Below, piece by piece: positions 56,401 to 64,000 of a stretch of DNA of 64,000 nt. Positions within the stretch are counted from its first letter, which is position 1. Every line of letters begins with the position of its first letter. The notes beneath the pieces were generated by a model. That model saw only the letters and a list, made by a program, of their open reading frames with translations. It searched no databases and had not been told where the DNA came from. This DNA comes from Emiliania huxleyi CCMP1516 (lineage: Eukaryota), in NCBI RefSeq assembly GCF_000372725.1, contig NW_005201287.1:1023081-1087080 (forward strand), written 5' to 3'. Position numbers and translations under genes: made by a program.

Positions 56401-56958
56401 GGCGTCAAGTACGACCGCGCCGTGCTCGAGATGGCGGAGGAGCTCTCGAGCGGCGGCAAGCTCGACGCGGCGGCGGCGCAGCGCCTTTGGGAGTCGCGGG
56501 TCGCTGACGGTCGCGGAGTGACGGAAACGGAGCTAGAGACCCTCCGCTACATCATGGAGACGTACAAGCTCGACAAGAAGGCGCAGGCATACCTTCAGTC
56601 GGCCGCGAGCGGCTCGTCGTCGAGCGGCTCATCGTCGAAGCGCAGCCTGTCTGACACCGACCTCGGCTCTGGAGGCGCGTCTTCCAAACGAGGCCGGTCG
56701 GGCGGCAAGAGCTACTACCAGCAAATCGACGGGGTGAACTACGACCGCGAGCTGCTCGAGATGGCGGAGAAGCTGTCCAAGAGCAACGGTGGCAAGCTCG
56801 ACTTGGCGGCCGCCCAGAAGCTTTGCCAAGAGGCGTGCGAGGATGGACGTGGCGTGACGGACTGCGAGAAGCGCACGCTGCAGTACATTGCGCAAACACA
56901 CAAGCTGAACCCGGCAGCCACGACCTTCATGGAGATGGAGTTCGAGCTCTCGGCTTAG
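50488..56958 (+). CDS. ~2150-aa protein: seven copies of a YYxxIDGVxYDR domain flanking Ala-rich repeats and a very long Ala/Lys/Glu coiled coil
   Basis: Single uninterrupted ORF with ATG at 50488; four N-terminal and three C-terminal domain copies; near-exact 315-bp tandem duplication (50885-51507) with further copies at 56066-56480. Confidence 0.85.
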   Translation: MPKGYYKEVDGVNYDRKLLEKAQRLARENAGTLSKDAVEKLWVDVRSDGRNRGHEDGVWDVELRTLLHIADTLKLDKSAAALMKKETAVHEASAGGSGSGADSSSGAGKRSRGSVERFEAGPASGKAAGSGSGSGSGSGKRKKSGSSDDYYQIIDGVKYDRALLEMAEELSSGGKLDAAAVEQLLGAMQDAGKVTPTELATLQYIAESYKLDKKAQAAMDKGLAAAGGAKSRSLGGNGSGSGSGKRKKSGSSDDYYQIIDGVKYDRALLEMAEELSSGGKLDAAAVEQLLEAMQDAGKVTPTELATLQYIAESYKLDKKAQAAMDKGLAAAGGAKSRSLGQDPITVIDGVEYDAGILALAEELAAANGGTLTMADVQRLWRERTLDFGDVTAVEMRTLSYVVDHFKMDKKASEFLVKEVQAWNATHLGGAGNVHVTKEGAVAAMAAQAALDAGLSPEAARAAGEAAALAVSLGRTQAEALKEGAAAAKAAQAALDAGLSTDAALVAGELAAKAVSEGATLPEAMKEASAGGKAAQAALDAGLSTDAAQIAGSEAAKAIHDGKSAADAAKVGIAAGKAAQVALDAGLSKQAAQVAGMAAAKAVGEGRSPAQAAKEGLVAGQAMQAALDSGASTEAASVAGLMAAKAVSEGKTPAQALKEGAAAAKAAQKLIDAFVKEGLSPEDAAEAASAMLAAGPPQPDIAAVADLIEGGLDPEEAIAQAHNIAKNKENAAAARGLAASEEEAAKKAAAAAAAADKKAKAQQAELAKAEAAADKERAAADAAAKKAAAAKAAADKKGKDQAAAESKAEAAAKKVKDLADKAAAKKKAADQTAAEKAAEEKAAKAAKDDAAAKKKGAADAAAATKKAAADAAAADKKAKDQAAAAAKAEAAAAKERALADKQAKDAAAAKAAAAKQEKELSSEQTKAEAAAAKAREAEKEARDAKKAADQAAAATKSKEKDAAKAKADADAAMERATKAAKVAEAAAKAAAEAEKKAKEAAADKSAADKAAAQEGKSADAAARKAAAEKAAAEKRMRDQGVTKAKAEAAETKELAASEKAAAKKAAADAAAAEKAAEEQAAAQAKADAAAAKKVAAAAAAAAKRATADAAAAEKLAKDQAAEQAKAEKVAAKEKEASAAAAKKVAAEKAIAEKKAKEQAAANAKAEAAANKERAAKEAAAEKTLAADKLAAEKAAKDKAAAKAKADADAKKKDADAEATAAKKAAAAAAAADKDAKDKAAEQAKAEAAANKARAAAEAAAKKAAAERAAADKQAKEQAAAKAKADAATEKEKVAAKDAIDKAAAAQKAALEKQASDEKAKAAKAEADKAKSGAASEKAAAAKAAADAAAAEKLAKEQASEVAKAEKAAAKERGAAEAAAKKAAAEKAAADRQAKEKAQADAMAAAAVKKEKDAADKAAAKRAAADRAAADLSGAEKLVRQASDETEKAKKQADAEAAAARKAMEGGMAAEKEAKAAAAAKAKAEAAAAKAAAAAEAAAKKAATEKAAADKQAKDAAAAKAKADEASSKAQKADKEAAAARAAADKAATDAKQKEAAAEKAKKLADAAQDKADAAADAATKAAKAASDAEKAAKAAATAADKAAAAAEKAGDSAEAAAKKAAADKASADAKAKQQAAAKAAADAADAKDKAAADKAAAKKAAADAAAAEKAAQEQAAAAAKAEAAAIKAEAAATAAAAKKTAADAAAADKLAKDQSSAHGKAADAAGKWRDSASAALKQAAAEREAADRKSASHAAAKRKADAAELAEREAYETAQSMKGAPSPRKRQRSVSFGQSSAEMAAEIAVRAAQSAADKMSAEEKAAADRLGHDASKRTLSAMDDDLLRALSRQESSSGGGGSSGDYYQIIDGVKYDRALLEMAEELSSGGKLDAAAVEQLLEAMQDAGKVTPTELATLQYIAESYKLDKKAQAAMDKGLAAAGGAKSRSLGGSGSGSGSGKRKKSGSSDDYYQIIDGVKYDRAVLEMAEELSSGGKLDAAAAQRLWESRVADGRGVTETELETLRYIMETYKLDKKAQAYLQSAASGSSSSGSSSKRSLSDTDLGSGGASSKRGRSGGKSYYQQIDGVNYDRELLEMAEKLSKSNGGKLDLAAAQKLCQEACEDGRGVTDCEKRTLQYIAQTHKLNPAATTFMEMEFELSA

Positions 56959-57655
56959 CCGGTCAGCCCAGCGTTCATATGCGCGGCAGTGGGGGACTTC
57001 ATTCACCAGAGCATCTGCGTTCATGCTCATCGCTTCCGATTCTGAGATGGGGGTCGCGGAGGGCGGGGGGGGGGGGGGGGGGGGCAGATGAAGGACGGAG
57101 ACGCGGCACAACCGCAAACCGGCAGAAGCTAGATATCGGCAAACGCAAAGCACAGAGGGAGAGAGGCGAGATTTGGATATGCTCTTCAGCGTTTCGGAAG
57201 GAAGGCTGCGAGGGCGTTCCGAGCACCGGGCGATTATATTGATTCGCCGGGCGGACTGAGACAGTGATGTCAGTGTGTGGGCTTGTCCTAATAATATCTC
57301 GCGGGCGTTGGGCGGGGGCTCGCGTGGGGGCACACAGCTCGCGCACGTCACAGGGGGGCCGGCACAGCGGCACACACCCCACACGGGGCGGGGTCGCGGT
57401 GGTAATCTGTTTAAACCTAACGAGGGCGCGGTAATGACGACGGTCTTCCCCCCCCCCCCCCCCCTGCGCACAACAGAGCTACGTTACATGAGACACGGCA
57501 CTCCATAACCAGCTAAGAGCACACACGAGCGAAAGTGCACTGCAGCAAAAAGCAAGACACCCGCCGGTGGTGACGCTTTCGGGCTTTCCGGGCTGCCATT
57601 GAAGAGCTTGGTCGTGGATTGCACCGCCTGCACCGCGCCCACCGCGCTGCCGCGC

Positions 57656-58652
57656 TCAGGCGAGCGACGCGGTGTGCGCGAGGAGGCGCGGCTCGACCGG
57701 CGTGCCCTCCACCTTCGCGGCCCGGCAGACGAGGGCAGGCTTCGCGGCCTTGGCACGAGGCGGCGCGGTGGCGCGCTGCACCGCGAGCACGCCGCCGACC
57801 CCGACGACGAGCCCGAACGCCATCGCGACGAGCTCGCCGCCGCCGGCGGGCGAGGCGACAGGCACCTGTGCGAGGCGCCGCGTCGCGGCGACGACCGCGT
57901 CGTGCGCGGCCGCGACGTCCTTGTCGTGGACGACGAAGCCGAGGAGGCCGTCGCCGTCCTTGATGGCGAGGAAGAGGGGCGCGAAGACGACCGAGATGAT
58001 GGCCATCAGCTTCATCATGATGTTGAGCGCCGGGCCGGACGTGTCCTTGAGCGGGTCGCCGACCGTGTCGCCCGTGACGGCCGCCTTGAAGATCTGCGAC
58101 TTTTTGGTCTGGACCTTGCCGGTGTTGTCGACCGTCTCGGGCTCCTCCTCCCCGATGACGGCGTCCATCGCGCCCTTGGAGATGTACTTCTTGGCGTTGT
58201 CCCACGCGCCGCCCGTGTTGGACGACGAGATCGCCATCTGGACCGACGAGGCGATGGCGCCTGCGAGCAGGCCGGTGACGCAGCGCGTGCCGAAGCAGAC
58301 GCCGCAGAGGACGGGCGAGAGCATGACGAGGGCGCCCGGCGCGATCATCTCCTGCAGCGACGCGTCGGTCGAGATCTTGATGCACGTGTCGTAGTCGGGC
58401 CGGTCGGGGTGGTTGGGGATGAGCAGGTTCGGGTTGGCGTCGAACTGGCGCTTGATCTCGAGGACCATCGCGTTGGCGGCCATGCCGACCGACTTCATGG
58501 TCATGGCCGAGAACCAGTAGGGCAGCATCGCGCCGACGAGCAGGCCGGCGAAGGTGATCGGGTCGAGCAGGTCGACGTGCAGGTCGCCGCCCGCCGCATC
58601 CTCCAGCCGCGTCACAAAGGCGCCGAAGAGGGCGAGGCCGACGAGGCAGGCG

Positions 58653-58696
<44 letters not shown>

Positions 58697-60503
58697 CGCG
58701 GCGTCGAGCGCGTCCGTCTTCTCGCGGACGGACGGGTGCAGCTCGCACATCTCGGCGATGCCGCCCGCGTTGTCGCAGACCGGGCCGTACACGTCGATCG
58801 CGAGGCAGGTGGCGAGGGTGGAGAGCATGCCGAGCGCGGCGAGCGCGATGCCGTAGAAGCCGGCGAGGGTGTGCGCGCCGTACACAATGAGCGAGAGGAG
58901 GAAGACGGGGACGATGGCGGACTTGTAGCCGAGCGCGAGCCCGTAGATGATGTTTGTGGCGGCGCCGGTGCGGCAGGCGTTGGCAACCTCCTTGACGGGC
59001 GAGTACGAGAAGGACGTGTAGTACTCGGTGACGAAGCCGATGAGGCAGCCGCCCCACAGGCCGAAGGCGACGCACAAGAAGGCGTTGATGCGCGACGAGC
59101 AGATGGAGCCGATGTAGAAGCCGCCAGTGCAGCCGCCGCAGGTGGCGGAGGGGAGCAGGGCGACCGCGAGGCCGTACACACACGGCGTCATCAGCAGCGA
59201 GGAGACGAGCAGCTGCGTCTTGAGCACGCGCTCGATGTCCGCCTCCTTGCGCACCGGGCTCAGGTCGGTGGCCACGAAGTTTGTGATTAGGCAGACGACG
59301 ATCCCGACGCCCGAGACGGTGAGCGGGAACATGAGCGCGCCCCAGCCGGCGGCGACGATCATCGGCGACGAGGCGCCGACGAGGAGGGCGGCGCAGCTCG
59401 CCTCGCCAAACGAGCCGAAGAGGTCGGAGCCCATGCCCGCCACGTCGCCGACGTTGTCGCCCACGTTGTCGGCGATGGTGCCCGGGTTGTGCGGGTCGTC
59501 CTCAGGCAGGTCCTGCACCACCTTGCCCGCCAGGTCGGCGCCCACGTCCGCCGCCTTTGTGTAGATGCCTCCGCCGACGCGGCCGAACATGGCGATGGAC
59601 GAGCCGCCGAGGCCGAAGCCGGCGACGACGTCCATCAGCTGCTTGTAGCCCTCGTCGCTGTCCGGGAAGGCGGTGCGGAGGATCGCGAGCAGGATGTAGA
59701 GCGCGAGGATGGCGATGCCTGCGGCGGAGTACGCGGCTCGTGCGCCATCCCGCTGCCATCCCGCTGCCCTCCCGCTGCCCCCCCGCTGCGCGCGGCTGTG
59801 GGCGGCGGCGCACCCGTGAGCGAGAAGCCCATCACGCCGCCCGCGCGGAAGGCGGTGTTGAAGGAGCGAGTCCACCCCTTGGAGGGGTCGCACGCGCCGA
59901 CGGTGCAGCGCGCCTGCGGACGAGGGATCGGGCGCAGCCGTCGACAGAGCACGAGGAGGGAGGAGGAGGGGGAGAGGGGTGAAGGGGAGAAGAGGGGAGG
60001 AAGGGAGGAGAGGGAGGGAACGGCATAGTGAGCGGCACGTTGGAGAAGACGGCGACGCGCATGCCGATGTAGCCGCACACAATCGAGGTGATGGCGCCGA
60101 CGACAAAGGAGACGCCGGAAAGCCAGCCGTTCTTCCACTCCCACTTGCCGTCCTCCTTGTCGCCCCAAGCGATCAGCACCGACATCGCCGGGAATGCGAG
60201 AACGATGAAGATCCCGCAGAGCTTGTACTCGGACCGCAAAAAGGCGTTGGCGCCGGTGGTGATGGCGGCGTACAGCTCGAGAAGGCGGGCGTTTTGCTCG
60301 GCGACGTCGGCGCCGTTGATGGGCTCGGAGCCCACGAGCGGCTCGTTGTTGGAGGCAACGTCGAGGGCGATGCTCGAGACGAGCTTGAGGAGGAAGACCG
60401 AAAACGCGATGCCGATGAGGCCCGTCACGATGATCAGCGCCGGAGCAGCCTCCGACGCGTCGGAGGCCGTGATGTTGCCGTTGACGCAGGCAAAGTCGTC
60501 CAT
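57656..60503 (-). CDS. Membrane H+-translocating pyrophosphatase (V-PPase, K+-stimulated type); introns 59914-60038 and 59719-59813
   Basis: GGGIYTKAADVGADLAGKV, EDDPHNPGTIADNVGDNVGDVAGMGSDLFGS, GNTTAAIGKGFAIGS, GGAWDNAKK and GDTVGDPLKDTSGP. Ala in GNTTAA indicates K+ dependence. Confidence 0.97.
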
Positions 60504-60780
60504 GAGGCGAGACGGAGCAGCACTTGTGGATGCAAGCGGGTGTCTGGGCGGGCGCGCCGCGCCGCCTTTTTTTTTTCCTTGCCAGTGGTAAAATCCTGTA
60601 ATGCCCGCAACCCACTGTATCCACCACGAGAACCTCGAGAACAGCCGGAAAGAAAAACAAGAATTCCGCCATGTTGTCGAGTGACTGACTTCGTACTCGG
60701 GATGGGCATCGGATGGGGCGCCTTTTTTTTCTCTGAGAAAAGAATTTTGAGCCGCGCGCGGGCTGCCGCGACGGCTTCCA

Positions 60781-61650
60781 ATGTTGACGCCCCGGTTCGA
60801 CTTGTCCCAAGACGAGGAGTTCGTGCACGTGCGGCTGCGAGTTCCGCACATTCGGATGGACGACGGCGAGTTTTACATTGACGGCCACGAGTTCAAATTC
60901 CACCTCAAGCCGTACTTTTTGCGGCTCACGTTCCGCGCCCGCCTCTGCGAGGACGGCCGCGAGCACGCGAGCTACGATGCGGTGGCCGGCGTCCTCGCGG
61001 TGCGGCTTCCAAAGGAGACGCCCGGACAACACTTTGAGGACCTGCACATGCTCTCGGAGCTCCTCCGGCGACCGCAGCCTCCCGCCGGCCGCGGCGGTGG
61101 CGCTGGCGGCCCGGGAGCATCACGAGGGGCGCCCCTCATCGAGGTGGTCTCTTCGACGCCGGCGGGTGGTGAGGCCGAGGCGGGCGAGGAGGGCGAGGAG
61201 GGCGACGAGGGCGGCGGCGAGAGCGAGGGCGACGAGGAGGCGTGGGCGGAGATGCTTGCGCACGACGCTGAGGCGGAGCAGGCTCTGCCGACGGACGACC
61301 CGGAGCTGCGGCCGTCCACGGCGTACGGCTTCAACGGCCGCCACGCCGGCCTCTTCCGCGGCCTCGAGGCGGAGGCTGTGCTCGAGCTTCCCGACCCCGA
61401 GTCGGCGAGCGCCGCCGAGCGGCGGGCGGCGCGGCTGGAGGCGGAGGAGGAGGCGTTCGACCCCGACCACTACATTGCCGACTTCATGGAGCACCGCCTC
61501 GCGCCCGAGAGTGCCGTCGGCCGAGCACTCGCCTACCAGCCGTGGTGGAGGGCCGAGGCGGCGCGGCGGGAGGCGGGTGCGGCGGGCGGAGGGTCGCCAG
61601 GCGAGGAGGAGTCTGCCGAGCCGCGCGAGGGCGGTGAGGGCGGCGAGGGT

Positions 61651-61699
<49 letters not shown>

Positions 61700-62490
61700 C
61701 CGTGTGGGACGAGGAGGAGAGGGAGGCGCTCGTGTCGCTTCCCTCTGTGGAGCTCCTCATCGACCGCGAGGGCAGCCTGCGGGCGCTGTGCGGCCTGGCG
61801 GACCTGCTGTACGGGTACTGCTACGACGTGCGAGCCACCGAGGGAGAGCCGACCTGCGAGTCTGGCTGGACGGTGCGCATGCTCTCGACGCAGCTCTCCT
61901 GGCTCGACCCGCCAGCCTCGCCCGCCGAGGCTGCGGGCGCGAGCGTGCGGCGATCCCTCTGCTACCCTCTGCTCCGGCACTGGCTGCTGTCGCTCCGCGC
62001 CCTCGACGACGTGTGCTGCCTGCTCCGCCTCGGAAAGGCGTCGGCGACCCCCCCGGCCGTGTCTCGGCCTGCGTCCCGGCTAACCCTCCTCCGCCTTGGC
62101 CAGGTGGCCACGATCCGAGCCCTCCTCGCGGCGCGCAAGCTGCTGCAGGGCGGCGCCGAGTACGGCTACCTCCTCAACCGAGCGTGGCTCGACGACACCG
62201 TGATCTGGCTGCAGCGGGTCCCGGCGCGGCGGCTCGTGCGGCTGGCAGCTGCGCTCGAGGCGGCAGCACCAAGCAAGCCGACGGTGGGCTGGCCACTGGA
62301 GCAGTATGAGGCGCTGGCACTCGAGGACGAGGAGGGCGGGGAGGGTGAGGCGAGTAGCTCAGAGAGCGGCGACAGCGACAGCGGTGAGAGTGGAGAGGGC
62401 GGCGAGCGCGAAGCGGCTCCGGGTGGCGCAAATCATGCCGACACAGGGAGATCGGAACGGGGTATGGAAGTGGAAGGAACCTTGGTATGA
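60781..62490 (+). CDS. SHQ1: H/ACA RNP assembly factor SHQ1; in-frame GC-AG intron 62038-62103
   Basis: MLTPRFDLSQDEEF..KPYFLRLTF (CS domain), YGFN, FDPDHYIADF, EGEPTCESGWT..LS..LSWLD and RRSLCYPL.RHW. Confidence 0.93.
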
Positions 62491-62586
62491 CTACATCAAC
62501 ATGAGTGACACACGTATTTCGTCGCCCTGTGTGTGTCCTCTCTGGTCTCTGCACTCTGGACTCGATCTGGCATGTTGTGCGAGTAT

Positions 62587-63129
62587 ATGGGCAAAAGCGT
62601 CGAAAATGCGCGGAAAAATTTTTTACGTGCGTCCCAAATGCGCGTTTGCGGCTTGCCTGTGCTCTCGGCCGCCTCGCTGAGCGGGACCGAGCGCGGTGCT
62701 GGTGGCGCCGACACTGCGGATCCGTCGAGCACTGCGATGGCTGCTGAACCAGTGAGAGTCGGCAGCGCTGCCTCTGCGGATGGTGCGCCTGCACAAACCA
62801 CGCCAAGCGACTGCAAACTGGGCGCAAACCTGTCTGGCAATGCTCTGGGCGAGGATGTCAATGTGGAAACCACTCGAGACCTTCAGCTTGATCCTGCCAC
62901 GACGACTCGCACCGCAAACGCGGGTCCTGCACTTCCTCGCGGTGCTGACATCTCTGTCCTGCGCCATGTTGACGCCAATTACTCTGCTTTCAACATGCTC
63001 AACGAGACGGGCGCTGCTGCAGCGCTGACTCCCAACGAGGCCGCACGACTGAATTGGAATGCCGCACAGCTCAATTGGAATGGCATGCCGAGCGCCGCGC
63101 TCCCTGGCGGCGGCGTGGCTGCGGAATAA
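62587..63129 (+). CDS. Possible hypothetical ORF
   Basis: Open frame with plausible composition; no recognisable motif. Confidence 0.25.
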   Translation: MGKSVENARKNFLRASQMRVCGLPVLSAASLSGTERGAGGADTADPSSTAMAAEPVRVGSAASADGAPAQTTPSDCKLGANLSGNALGEDVNVETTRDLQLDPATTTRTANAGPALPRGADISVLRHVDANYSAFNMLNETGAAAALTPNEAARLNWNAAQLNWNGMPSAALPGGGVAAE

Positions 63130-63639
63130 GCTAGTCTATGGTCACCATCCTCTCCGGCTACGACAATGTGAACGTCATCTGGTCCTCACGGGGGTGACCC
63201 GTCTCCTCTTCTGCGTGTGATAGGGGGTAGACAGCGCCCAAAATCAACATCCTTCTGCTCTTCGACCTCAGCCTCGCTGCCCTCTGCGCGGCTGACCTAA
63301 CCTGTGCTGCTGCTGCTGCTGCTGTTGCAGCTGATGCTGCTCCTGCTACCCTCCCGCCCGCCCACCCTGCCCGCCCGCCCTGCCCGCCCGCTCGTAAGGG
63401 GTCTTCACCTTCACACTGGTCTGGCCACAGGTGGGCAACCCTCCCGTCGAAGGTCAAGCGGTCTCAACTTCGCGCTCTACTGCCCGCCCTCGCCCTCGCC
63501 TACCGCCTCCCGCCTCCGCCCGCCGACCCGCCGCCAGCTCGTCCGCCAACCCGTCGTCTCTGTCGCCTCTCGCCCGCCCGCCATCGCCCTCGCCTTTCAC
63601 CTCCCGCCGCCTCCCGCCGACCGCCACGCCAGCTTGCCT

Positions 63640-64000
63640 GCCGCCCTGTCGTCTCGCCTGTCGCCTGCCCGCCCTCGCCGCCTCTCGCCGACCACCACGC
63701 CAGCTTGGCCGCCGCCCTGTCGTCTCGCCTATCGCCCGCCCGCCCTCGCCCTCGCCCCCTCCTCCCGCCACCACCCTCGCCTCACCCTCCCGCCGCCTCG
63801 CCGCTCGCTTGCTCGCTCGCGCGCCCGCTCGCGCCTGGCTTTCTACTTCCTCGTGATCGCCCGAATCTCTCCTTCCTCGTGATCCACCCTCGCCTCACCC
63901 TCCCGCCGCCTCGCTGCTCGCTCGCCGCTTGCTCGCCCGCCCGACTTTCTACTTCCTCGTGATCCGAACCGCCACCACCCTCGCCTCACCCTCCCGCCGC
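63640..64000 (+). repeat. Pyrimidine-rich tandem repeats (ccaccctcgcctcaccctcccgccgc x3; ctttctacttcctcgtgatc x2)
   Basis: Read directly; continues off the window. Confidence 0.75.

Overview
GC-rich eukaryotic genomic DNA with short, often GC-AG, introns and telomere-like intronic repeats. These traits suggest a haptophyte such as Emiliania/Gephyrocapsa huxleyi (inference). About 20 host genes are present: UAA/PAPS-type transporter, STE24 protease, mitochondrial carrier, WD40 protein, CAP/SCP protein, LPA1-like, FAR-17a/AIG1-like, UBX/FAF2-like, WH2-PH protein, secreted PLA2-like, saccharopine dehydrogenase-like, a giant Ala/Lys-rich repeat protein, H+-PPase, SHQ1 and hypotheticals. They are interspersed with a hAT-type MITE, a LINE relic with RNase H, and dispersed repeats. 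The standout is a ~12.5 kb element (20281-32774) bounded by perfect 33-bp inverted repeats. It encodes an intron-containing Tudor + tyrosine recombinase (Crypton/Starship-captain-like) at one end, a Pif1-family helicase with a mosaic N-terminus, and a Cys-rich ORF. A second notable pattern is a set of ~70-nt introns whose boundaries duplicate the flanking exon sequence. Two assembly gaps (26678-27372, 33657-33756) limit interpretation. All family assignments are from motif recognition by eye, not database searches.
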